Assembly (NCBI GenBank): GCA_026395595.1
Contig: JAPLYL010000002.1
Location: 122,111 to 186,110 of the forward strand
Origin: Candidatus Parcubacteria bacterium
GTDB lineage: Bacteria; Patescibacteriota; Minisyncoccia; Phycocordibacterales; CAIJYI01
Length of the DNA stretch: 64,000 bases
Direction: 5' to 3'
Positions 45,881 through 54,481 of the stretch are shown one piece after another. Each line of letters opens with the position of its first letter. The first letter of the stretch is position 1. Under the pieces are notes generated by a model, which saw only the letters and a program-made list of their open reading frames with translations, had not been told where the DNA came from and ran no database searches. A program made the position numbers and the translations under genes.

Positions 45881-46255
45881 ATGAAACAAGAAATAATCAC
45901 ACAACTTCATAAAAATTTTGAGGATTACGCGCAAAAGACCAAAAACGGATTTGAATTTTGGTATGCTCGCGATTTACAGATTTTGCTCGGCTATAATGAA
46001 TGGAGAAATTTTCAAAAAGTCATTGAAAAAGCGAAAATCGCTTGTAAAAATACCGGTTTATCGGTTGATGACCATTTTGTTGACGCCAACAAAATGGTCG
46101 GTGTCGGATCGGGGGCAAAGAGAGAAATAGACGACATTTCTCTCACTCGCCACGCTTGTTACTTCATTGCTCAAAACGGTGACCCGAGAAAAGAAGAAAT
46201 CGCTTTCGCTATGGCATATTTTTCCGTTCAAATGAGAAAACAAGGAAGTCATTGA
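45881..46255 (+). CDS. DinD/Bro-N-like protein, N-terminal fragment (probably truncated)
   Basis: FEFWYARDLQILLGYNEWRNFQKVIEKAKIACKNTGLSVDDHFVDANKMVGVGSGAKREIDDISLTRHACYFIAQNGDPRKEEIAFAMAYF resembles E. coli DinD, but the ORF stops at 124 aa and similarity continues in another frame. Confidence 0.55.
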   Translation: MKQEIITQLHKNFEDYAQKTKNGFEFWYARDLQILLGYNEWRNFQKVIEKAKIACKNTGLSVDDHFVDANKMVGVGSGAKREIDDISLTRHACYFIAQNGDPRKEEIAFAMAYFSVQMRKQGSH

Positions 46256-46416
46256 AAAAAGAATTGCAGAAAGGGTCTATTCTGGCTACAATTTTCGTGT
46301 TTGAGGCACTGGTAGGACGTCCCACATTTAGATTTTAAAGAATTTGCAAAAAATTTGCAAGTTTTTTTCTTTTGTGTATAATAAAGATACTTTAGACATA
46401 AGTTTAAGCAAAATAT

Positions 46417-47670
46417 ATGCAAATTTCACTTATAGAATTTTCAGTAGAAAACTTCAGCGTTTTTAAAGAAAAGGCAACACTTTCTATGGTGGCGCGGAAA
46501 AATGATAACCATACATTTGAATCAAATGGTGAAAACCTACTGAAAACCTCTTTTATTTATGGTCCGAATGCCTCAGGAAAAACCTCTCTTTTGGACGCTT
46601 TTGTGAATTTGAAAACGGGAATTTTGTTTTCTTCCAATATGAAAGAAAATTCAGAGTTGCCCTATAATCCGTTTTTGGCATCGGAAAACACCAAAACAAA
46701 GCCAGTTTGGTTTGAGTTGGTTTTTTCTGCACTTGGGGATCATGCCGGAATATATAGATATTCCTTCTCTTTCTTGCCGGATCATATTGTTACGGAGAAT
46801 TTTACTAAAATATCTATAACTGGGGTAGAGGAACAACTTATTTCGCGAACGGGGCAAGATATAATACTTTCGGGTTGGGGAGATGACGTACAAATTTTGC
46901 GTGACAAAGCGCGTAAGGAAACACTTTTCTTGTCTGTTGCGGCACAATTCAATAATAAACTTGCCCTAAGTTTTGTGGAGGCGTTAAAAAATGTGAATAT
47001 CATTTCAGGCGTTACTTATGCAACCTATCAGCAATTCACTATAAAAAAATTCAAAGATGATCCGCTATACAAAGAAAGTATTTTAAAATACTTAAAAACT
47101 GCCGACTTTTGTATTTCCGGCGGTCGAACAAAAGAAATTGACATTCCATCTTTAGAAAACGTTAAAGATGAGCCAGATATGTTTTCTGCGGTTAAACGAA
47201 TGATAAAACACACCGCTTTGTTTTTCGAGCATCCTGTGTTTGGTAAAAACAACGAACCGGTCGGTGTGTTCGAGCTGTCTCTTGAAGAAGAGTCAACCGG
47301 TACACAAAATTTTCTTTCTATGCTTGGACCAATCATTAACACTCTTGAAACAGGTAAAGTTCTTGCCATAGACGAATTTGATAACAGCTTGCATCCGCTT
47401 TTGACAAAATTTATTGTCGATCTTTTTGAATCATCTGAGACAAATAAACACAACGCTCAACTTGTCGTAACGACACACGACACAAGTTTACTTTCGTATC
47501 GCGATGATTTTATCAAAGATCAATTTTGGTTTACCGATAAAGATGAATTTGGTTCAGCTCGGCTGTTTTCTCTTGCTGAATTTGATATAAGAAATGATAC
47601 TGAATTTGCGAAAAAATATCTGGAAGGTCGATTTGGCGCTCTGCCGTTTATCGGTTCCGTAAAAAAGTAA
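46417..47670 (+). CDS. AAA_21/ABC-type ATPase (OLD / AbiLi / AriA-like)
   Basis: Walker A GPNASGKTS near the N-terminus, Walker B/D-loop LAIDEFDNSLHP, and H-loop VVTTHD. Confidence 0.75.
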   Translation: MQISLIEFSVENFSVFKEKATLSMVARKNDNHTFESNGENLLKTSFIYGPNASGKTSLLDAFVNLKTGILFSSNMKENSELPYNPFLASENTKTKPVWFELVFSALGDHAGIYRYSFSFLPDHIVTENFTKISITGVEEQLISRTGQDIILSGWGDDVQILRDKARKETLFLSVAAQFNNKLALSFVEALKNVNIISGVTYATYQQFTIKKFKDDPLYKESILKYLKTADFCISGGRTKEIDIPSLENVKDEPDMFSAVKRMIKHTALFFEHPVFGKNNEPVGVFELSLEEESTGTQNFLSMLGPIINTLETGKVLAIDEFDNSLHPLLTKFIVDLFESSETNKHNAQLVVTTHDTSLLSYRDDFIKDQFWFTDKDEFGSARLFSLAEFDIRNDTEFAKKYLEGRFGALPFIGSVKK

Positions 47671-47674
47671 AGGA

Positions 47675-48298
47675 ATGTCTGTTTTTCAACGCAAACGCGA
47701 TACCCGTAAGATTCGCAAAGTAATTCGGATATACACGGAAGGTACAAAAACGGAGCCGAATTATTTCGGCTCGATAAAAGATGAATTGCGAATATCTGAA
47801 ATAGATATTCAAATTCAAGGGGTGCGAGGATTTAACAATCATACTTTACCGCTCGTTGGGTCGGTGATTGAAAGAAAAAAAGAGGAAGAAAAAAATAACG
47901 ATTTTGAAACGGAATGGTGGGTTGTTTTTGATAAAGATGATTTTCCTGATTTTAATAGTGCTATTGATTTGGCACAAAAACACGGCATTAACGTTGTCTA
48001 TTCCAACGAGTGTTTTGAATTATGGTTTATTCTCCATTTTGAGTTTTTGCAGACTTCTCTCGGAAGGAATAATTTTGAACCAAAGTTATCAAAGTTGCTC
48101 GGCAGAAAATATGAAAAGAAGAGTTCGGATATTTACGATCTGATAAAAGATAAAGAATCCAACGCGATTCGTTACGCAAAAAAGCTGGAAAAAATGCATG
48201 ATGATGAAAAAGTGAGTTCTCCGGAACAAAGAGTTCCATCAACTTTAGTCTATAAACTGGTCGAAAGATTACGATCACTAAAAACCGAAAGAGAATAG
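47675..48298 (+). CDS. RloB-like (Toprim-like) protein
   Basis: N-terminal IYTEGTKTEPNYF matches the RloB signature (CEGxTExxYF); starts 5 nt after the ATPase stop. Confidence 0.7.
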   Translation: MSVFQRKRDTRKIRKVIRIYTEGTKTEPNYFGSIKDELRISEIDIQIQGVRGFNNHTLPLVGSVIERKKEEEKNNDFETEWWVVFDKDDFPDFNSAIDLAQKHGINVVYSNECFELWFILHFEFLQTSLGRNNFEPKLSKLLGRKYEKKSSDIYDLIKDKESNAIRYAKKLEKMHDDEKVSSPEQRVPSTLVYKLVERLRSLKTERE

Positions 48299-48302
48299 TT
48301 TT

Positions 48303-48887
48303 ATGACCGCCAAAACCACAAATCGCCATATTAAAATTGTTAATAAAGCAAAGCAAAAAATCAAAGAACTTCTTGAAGATCCGAATTGTGTTTGGAGAAC
48401 CATGAGAATACTTAAGGGGCACACAACGGGATTATCCGAACAAGAAATCCTTGATATTTTGTCGAATCTTGGAGCAACGAGTTCTGTCGGAGAAAAAGGT
48501 GAAAAAATATGGAAGTTACATTCCCGTGGCGATAATGATACCCACAAACAAAAAAAGCAATCTCGAAATAAAATTATTTCTCACTCTGACTATTGGAAAA
48601 ATATTTGGTCCCAATGTTCCAAAATTAAATTCAGATACGTTATAATTTCCATGTTGTTAGTTTCTGCATATCTGGGTTACATAAAATTTTCTCCCGAGGT
48701 AAGCACTCCTCTTGGTAAATTTGCATTTAACACAAGCGAATCAAATAAAGTTCTTAGTTCGTCGGTTTTATCTGCTGATATAAACCCAAAAAAATGGACG
48801 TTTCTGTTTTTGGGTTGGTCTCAAGTATTGATTACCGTAAACCCTTATTCAATGTTCAAAAGAAATGGGAAGGATACAAAGGATTAA
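48303..48887 (+). CDS. hypothetical protein, predicted wHTH N-terminus plus one TM
   Basis: Starts 5 nt after the RloB stop; TM segment FRYVIISMLLVSAYLGYIKF. Confidence 0.45.
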   Translation: MTAKTTNRHIKIVNKAKQKIKELLEDPNCVWRTMRILKGHTTGLSEQEILDILSNLGATSSVGEKGEKIWKLHSRGDNDTHKQKKQSRNKIISHSDYWKNIWSQCSKIKFRYVIISMLLVSAYLGYIKFSPEVSTPLGKFAFNTSESNKVLSSSVLSADINPKKWTFLFLGWSQVLITVNPYSMFKRNGKDTKD

Positions 48888-49147
48888 ATACAACAAAAGA
48901 ACAAGCTATACTCTTTAATTCTGGAGATACTGGGTCAGGAAAAATTTGGGCAGATTTGGAAAGTACGCATCTGTATGACGGAAAAAATGTTAAAATCACG
49001 TGCGTTTTTGGAGGAGAATGGGCTCAAAGAATTGAAGTCCTTGGAGAAAAAGAACATGGAACCCGCGAATTAACTTTTTCGGGAATCATTAATGGTGATT
49101 TGTCACAAGGAAATCTCCCCGTGTTAGAAGATTGTAAGTTGTATTAA
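48794..49147 (+). CDS. hypothetical protein (overlaps the previous ORF by 94 nt in the +2 frame)
   Basis: Its ATG follows an A7 run directly; the translation is plausible and beta-rich; the start is uncertain. Confidence 0.35.
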   Translation: MDVSVFGLVSSIDYRKPLFNVQKKWEGYKGLNTTKEQAILFNSGDTGSGKIWADLESTHLYDGKNVKITCVFGGEWAQRIEVLGEKEHGTRELTFSGIINGDLSQGNLPVLEDCKLY

Positions 49148-49156
49148 TCACACAAT

Positions 49157-49384
49157 GTGAGTAAAAGCGGTGAGCATGTTGTCGCGATTCAGTCTAAAAT
49201 CAAAAAAGAAAAAAATTACTGTATGTTGTTCTCGAAATTTTTTGAGGCCAAAAGCTTGAAAAAAATGCTGATCGAGTCGTTCCAGCAGATCCACTCAAAG
49301 ATTATTTGGAATACGTGCGATAGTAGGAAAGAGAGAGTTGACACAAACAAACCCGCCAAACCTTACGGTTTGGGCGGGGGATAA
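49157..49384 (+). CDS. hypothetical small protein
   Basis: 75-aa ORF, the last in this same-strand cluster. Confidence 0.3.
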   Translation: MSKSGEHVVAIQSKIKKEKNYCMLFSKFFEAKSLKKMLIESFQQIHSKIIWNTCDSRKERVDTNKPAKPYGLGGG

Positions 49385-49491
49385 ATACAATCCTAATATC
49401 CCATAGGCGAGGGTAACTTGCATTACGTATACAATACGTATCCGTAGCACCTATTAGTCAAGCTCTTCCGCTGTGGACAAGTGCATAAAAA

Positions 49492-49522
49492 CAACTCCGC
49501 AAAGTTTGCGGAGTTATTTTTT
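49492..49522. terminator. bidirectional terminator
   Basis: AACTCCGCAAA-GTT-TGCGGAGTT followed by TTTTTT. Confidence 0.7.
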
Positions 49523-49529
49523 ATCTTTC

Positions 49530-50873
49530 TTATTCTTCCGTTTTTTCCTCTTTTTTCTTTTTGGTTTTCTTCGGTTCTTCTTTTGCCGTTTCGGCGGAGG
49601 CGGATTCCACTTCTCCTTTCAGTACTTCTTCTACCACCTCTTTTTCCGTGATGACTTCTTCGGTTGGGGTTTCATTTATTGATTCTTCAAATTCTTTCAC
49701 TTCCTTCTCTTCTTCCAGTTCTTTTTCTTCCTCCTCTACTGCTTCTTCCGTTTCTTTGGTGGAATGAATGTCTATTTTCCAGCCGGTCAATTTGGCGGCC
49801 AGTCTCGCGTTTTGACCTCCTTTTCCGATAGCGAGGGAAAGCTGGTCTTCGGCGACGATGACTGAGGCACGCTTTTCTTCGGGGCGGAGTTCTACGGAGA
49901 GGATTTTGGCGGGAGCGAGAGAATCGGAGATGAATTTCTTTGCATCTTCCGACCATTCTATAATATCTATCTTTTCTCCTCCGAGTTCGCTCATGACGGT
50001 GGTTACTCGGACGCCTCTTTGTCCGACACAGGAACCGATCGGGTCAATGTGCTCATCGTTTGAATACACGGCGATTTTTGCGCGTGAACCCGGTTCGCGG
50101 GCGATATTTTTGATCTCAACGACCCCACTCATGACTTCTGGCGCTTCCATCTTGAAAAATTCTTCAATGAGTTTTGGGTGGGTGCGGGAAAGGCGGAGGT
50201 TTATTCCTCTCGGTGTGTCTTCAACGCGATAAAGAAAGGCTTTGATGCGCTCTCCTTGGCGATATTTTTCACGGGAGATCTGTTCTTCGTAAGGAAGAAT
50301 AGCGGTCGTTTTTCCGAGGTCTACGAAGATATTCCCCTTTTCAATTCTTTGAACCATTCCGTTGACGACTTCTCCTTCTTTTTTGCCGAATTCGTCCATC
50401 GTCGTGCTTTTCTCCGCTTCACGGATTTTCTGAATAATGACCTGTTTTGCGGTTTGTGCGGCAATGCGTCCGAAATCTTCTTTGGTTTCAAGAGGGAAGA
50501 CGAGTTCTTCTTCAACGGCGGCATCGCGTTTGATTTTCTTGGCATCTTCAAGAAGAATATGGTGTTCGCTGTTGAAGCGAGTACGAAGGTCGTTTTCGTC
50601 TTTTTCTTCCTCAATCGGTTCACCATTTTCATCAAGCGGAGCCGGCATTTTAACGATGGATTCGTCAACGATGACCTTTACCTGCGAGAAATCGGTCGCT
50701 CCTGTGTCCAAATCAAATTTGGCGCGGACGATTTGCCCCTTTTTACCGTATTCTTTTTTGTAGGCGGCAGCGAGAGACATTTCTATCGCTTCCAAGATCT
50801 TTTCTTTGGAAATGCCTTTTTCTTCCTCCATTTGCTCAAGTGCCGAGCGGAGCGTTTTAAGATCAAATAACAT
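49530..50873 (-). CDS. nusA: transcription termination/antitermination factor NusA
   Basis: N-terminal domain, then S1 and two KH domains, and an acidic/K-rich C-terminal tail. Confidence 0.9.
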   Translation of the reverse strand: MLFDLKTLRSALEQMEEEKGISKEKILEAIEMSLAAAYKKEYGKKGQIVRAKFDLDTGATDFSQVKVIVDESIVKMPAPLDENGEPIEEEKDENDLRTRFNSEHHILLEDAKKIKRDAAVEEELVFPLETKEDFGRIAAQTAKQVIIQKIREAEKSTTMDEFGKKEGEVVNGMVQRIEKGNIFVDLGKTTAILPYEEQISREKYRQGERIKAFLYRVEDTPRGINLRLSRTHPKLIEEFFKMEAPEVMSGVVEIKNIAREPGSRAKIAVYSNDEHIDPIGSCVGQRGVRVTTVMSELGGEKIDIIEWSEDAKKFISDSLAPAKILSVELRPEEKRASVIVAEDQLSLAIGKGGQNARLAAKLTGWKIDIHSTKETEEAVEEEEKELEEEKEVKEFEESINETPTEEVITEKEVVEEVLKGEVESASAETAKEEPKKTKKKKEEKTEE

Positions 50874-51019
50874 ATATTTGTTGTTACACTTATAATTTTG
50901 ACAATTTTGTTAAAAAAATGAGCCCGTACGGGACGGACTCAAGGTATGAATATATAGTACTCTGTGATGCCATTTTGTCAAGGAACATGCTTGTCAACAG
51001 TTATCCACTGTTTATCATA

Positions 51020-51048
51020 TTGACGAATACATGACAGGAAGTATAATA
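51020..51048 (+). promoter_or_regulatory. near-consensus sigma70 promoter TTGACG-17-TATAAT
   Basis: TTGACG at 51020-51025 and TATAAT at 51043-51048; the DnaA-box-like TTATCCACT at 51001-51009 lies just upstream; AGGAGA SD and ATG at 51055. Confidence 0.5.
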
Positions 51049-51054
51049 GGAGAC

Positions 51055-51795
51055 ATGCACCCCATACAACAAAAGATACTCTCTCTGGCGAAGAGTCAAA
51101 ATATCGCCGGGCTTACACTGCGGAAGATTGGCGAACTTATCAGTGAGCCGGACGCTCCGCAAAAGATCAAACACCATATTGATAAACTGAAAGAAAAAGG
51201 ATTATTGCTTTCTGGAGAAGGTGGCAAGCATCTGAAACCCGCTTCTGGTGGAATAGACAAAATGTCCAGTCTTGTATCTCTGCCGATACTCGGCTCTGCG
51301 AACTGCGGGGAAGCAACGATGTATGCCGACGGGGCGATTGAAGGCTATCTGAAAGTATCGCTTCGCATTTTGGGAGAAAAATTCAGAAATAAATTGGATG
51401 ACCTCTTTGTTTTGCGCGCTTCCGGAAATTCCATGAATCGCGCGAATGTTCACGGTAAAACCATTGACGATGGCGATTATGTTATCGCGGAAAGAATTCA
51501 TGAAGCGCCGAAAAGCGGGGAATATATCGTCTCCATTATTGAAGGTTTGGCGAATATCAAAAAATTCCTGATTGATACCAAAAACGAGCATATTATTCTC
51601 GCTCCCGAATCAAGTTTGGATTTTTCACCGATTTATATACATAAAGAAGACTATTCCGGCTATTTTGTTGGTGGCCGAGTAGTAGATGTCATCAAAAAAC
51701 CGGATGAATTCATGGATTCCTCTGCTGGCGATATCCTCAAATACGGCAAACCGATACGAGAGGTAGATTACTCAAGCAAGAAAAAGAAAAAATAA
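51055..51795 (+). CDS. LexA-like repressor (wHTH plus S24 peptidase domain)
   Basis: N-terminal HTH; C-terminal LRASGNSM (catalytic Ser) and ...KK (Lys) S24 motifs; the ORF track's start at 51031 would contain the -10 element. Confidence 0.7.
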   Translation: MHPIQQKILSLAKSQNIAGLTLRKIGELISEPDAPQKIKHHIDKLKEKGLLLSGEGGKHLKPASGGIDKMSSLVSLPILGSANCGEATMYADGAIEGYLKVSLRILGEKFRNKLDDLFVLRASGNSMNRANVHGKTIDDGDYVIAERIHEAPKSGEYIVSIIEGLANIKKFLIDTKNEHIILAPESSLDFSPIYIHKEDYSGYFVGGRVVDVIKKPDEFMDSSAGDILKYGKPIREVDYSSKKKKK

Positions 51796-52895
51796 TGGAA
51801 ACGAACAAGAAAGTTTCTTTAAATAGTAATTTTACGGAATTTTTACTGTATACTACTCCAAACCATAAGGTAAAGGTTGAAATTTTCTTGCGTGATGAAA
51901 ATATCTGGCTGACGCAAAAATTAATTGCACGGCTTTTTGATTGTTCTTCTGATAATGTTTCTTTTCACTTGAAAAACATTTTTGAAAGCGGTGAATTGCT
52001 GGAAAATTCAGTTACCGAGGAATTCTCGGTAACTGCCGGTGATGGTAAAAAGTATAAGACAAAACATTATAATTTAGATGCGATTATTTCGGTAGGGTAT
52101 CGAGTAAATTCCGCCAATGCGACTCAGTTTCGTATCTGGGCGACCGAACGCTTGAAAGAATATATTATCAAGGGGTTTACTATGGACGATGAACGCTTGA
52201 AAAACCCAAATACGATCTTTGGTAAGGATTATTTTGAAGAACAACTGGCAAGAATTAGAAATATCCGATCTAGCGAAAGACGAATGTATCAGAAAGTTAC
52301 CGATATCTATGCTGAATGTAGCGCTGATTATTCTCCAAATAGCGATATAACGAAAGAATTTTTTGCAACAATTCAAAACAAACTTCATTTTGCAATAACC
52401 GGTAAAACTGCCGCGGAAATTATTTATGAAAGAGTAAAAAATGAAAAACCGAATATCGGACTTACTTCGTGGAAAAACTCTCCAAAAGGAAGAATCCGAG
52501 AAACCGATGTTATCATTGCCAAAAATTACTTAAACGAAAAAGAACTTGACCACCTGAATAGAATTGTCACTATGTACCTTGATTTTGCGGAAATGCAAGC
52601 GAAACGAGGCATTCTTATGAGAATGAAAGATTGGACATCAAAACTGGATGCATTTCTGAAGTTTAACGAGCAGGAAATTTTATCCAACGCAGGAAAAATC
52701 AGCCATGAAGTTGCTGAAGCTTTAGCTCTTGAAGAATACGAAAAATACAGGATAGAACAGGATAAAAATTATATTTCTGATTTTGACAGAGAAGTGAAGA
52801 AAATTTTAGATGTAAAGAAAAAACATGCCAAATTTTCGGAAAGTGATAATTTTTTTGATAAAAATGTTGTAAAAGATAAAAATGAAGGAAATTAA
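51795..52895 (+). CDS. RhuM-family (virulence protein RhuM-like) protein
   Basis: HYNLDAIISVGYRVNSANATQFRIWATERLKEY is the RhuM core signature; its start overlaps the LexA-like stop (ATAATGG). Confidence 0.7.
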   Translation: METNKKVSLNSNFTEFLLYTTPNHKVKVEIFLRDENIWLTQKLIARLFDCSSDNVSFHLKNIFESGELLENSVTEEFSVTAGDGKKYKTKHYNLDAIISVGYRVNSANATQFRIWATERLKEYIIKGFTMDDERLKNPNTIFGKDYFEEQLARIRNIRSSERRMYQKVTDIYAECSADYSPNSDITKEFFATIQNKLHFAITGKTAAEIIYERVKNEKPNIGLTSWKNSPKGRIRETDVIIAKNYLNEKELDHLNRIVTMYLDFAEMQAKRGILMRMKDWTSKLDAFLKFNEQEILSNAGKISHEVAEALALEEYEKYRIEQDKNYISDFDREVKKILDVKKKHAKFSESDNFFDKNVVKDKNEGN

Positions 52896-53012
52896 CAAAA
52901 TTAAACAACTTAAAAATGTTATTAAAGATGCAATAGACGAGCGTTTTAATACAGTGATAAGGTAGAAGTTAAACTGGAAGAGATCATAAATAAAGCTGTA
53001 CTTGAATATGAA

Positions 53013-53315
53013 ATGCTTCTTACTGAAGATGTAAAGCAGGTACTTAAAAATAATTATAAAATAGACTTTTATAACCGTGGATATCTTGGTGATAAAATAA
53101 AAATTTACGAAGCCACCGTTGGGAAAAATGAGTTCAGTAAATTATTGTGGAAAATTAATATGATACGTAATGATTTGAGTCACACACGTATTGATAAACT
53201 TTTTTATAAAAAGCAGGATCTATCTCTAAGAGAAACAAAAGAGGTTTTACTTACTGATTTATTTACTCAAATGATAAACCACGGTGAACCATCCTTAAAA
53301 GTGAATTCAAAATAA
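53013..53315 (+). CDS. hypothetical protein
   Basis: 100-aa ORF. Confidence 0.35.
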   Translation: MLLTEDVKQVLKNNYKIDFYNRGYLGDKIKIYEATVGKNEFSKLLWKINMIRNDLSHTRIDKLFYKKQDLSLRETKEVLLTDLFTQMINHGEPSLKVNSK

Positions 53316-53319
53316 TTTT

Positions 53320-54141
53320 ATGCACAACAATTTAAAAAACCTTGCTATTTTTGAAGGGAATCATATTCGCCGGCTGTGGGACGGGGAAAAAGAACTGTGG
53401 TATTTTTCAATTATCGATGTGATTCAAGTTTTAACAGAAAGCCCGAGACCAAGAAAATACTGGAATGCTTTAAAAACAAAGTTAAAAAACGAAGGAAGTC
53501 AGTTGTCCCAGAAAGTGGGACAACTGAAAATGGAATCTCTTGACGGAAAAATGTACCTTACTGATGTGGCGGATACAGAAACGCTTTTACGACTTATCCA
53601 ATCAACGCCTTCTCCAAAAGCTGAGCCATTTAAGCTTTGGTTGGCAAAGGTTGGATATGAAAGAATGAGGGAAATGGGCGATCCGGAAATAGCGCTTAAC
53701 CGAAGCCGTGTCTATTGGAGAGAGCAGGGGAGAAGTGAAAAATGGATTGAACAAAGAATGACAGGACAAGAAACGAGAAATAAACTCACTGATTACTGGA
53801 GCGAGCACAAAGTAAAGAAAGGCGAAGAATTTGCCATATTGACGAACATCATACATCAAGAATGGAGCGACATATCAGTAAAAGAACACAAAGGACTGAA
53901 AGGTTTAAAAACACAAAATCTTCGTGATCATATGAGTGAAGAAGAATTGATTTTTACCGCGCTGGCTGAACTTTCCACAAGAAGAATTGCAGAAACAGAT
54001 AAGGCCGAAGGATTGGAAGAAAACAAAATTCCGGCAAAAAAAGGCGGAAAAATCGCAAAAGACGCGCGCCTCACTTTAGAAGAAAAAACAGGGAGCAGCG
54101 TCATCACTGGTAAAAACTTTTTGTTGCCATCTAAAAAATAA
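53320..54141 (+). CDS. Bro-N/DinD-like domain protein (antirepressor-like)
   Basis: NHIRRLWDGEKELWYFSIIDVIQVLTESPRPRKYW...AEPFKLWLAKVGYE is Bro-N-like; 273 aa. Confidence 0.55.
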   Translation: MHNNLKNLAIFEGNHIRRLWDGEKELWYFSIIDVIQVLTESPRPRKYWNALKTKLKNEGSQLSQKVGQLKMESLDGKMYLTDVADTETLLRLIQSTPSPKAEPFKLWLAKVGYERMREMGDPEIALNRSRVYWREQGRSEKWIEQRMTGQETRNKLTDYWSEHKVKKGEEFAILTNIIHQEWSDISVKEHKGLKGLKTQNLRDHMSEEELIFTALAELSTRRIAETDKAEGLEENKIPAKKGGKIAKDARLTLEEKTGSSVITGKNFLLPSKK

Positions 54142-54252
54142 ATTTTATACAATCTTTAAAACAACCATCTGTGAAAAAATTCTCGGATAAAAACCTTCTT
54201 TTTGGTTCAGATGTCCGGTTTTATCGGGCATCTGAACAACGTATGTGTCGTT

Positions 54253-54279
54253 CAGTTGGTCACAAAATGTGACCAACTG
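54253..54279. terminator. perfect 12-bp-stem hairpin between convergent genes
   Basis: CAGTTGGTCACA-AAA-TGTGACCAACTG. Confidence 0.4.
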
Positions 54280-54481
54280 AAATTTATGTCTATAAACGTT
54301 GTAATTTTTTATATAATACCATTTCTAAAAAACTACTTTATATTTTAAATCAATCGTGCTAACCGAAATTACTACCCAAGGTCTCTCCTTTCCCCGTCGT
54401 TTCGCTTCGCTACACTCCTCCTTAAGGAAAGACCTTTGTCCGTAATTTCTTGAAATGTTAATGAGTTTTTTAGAAATGGTA

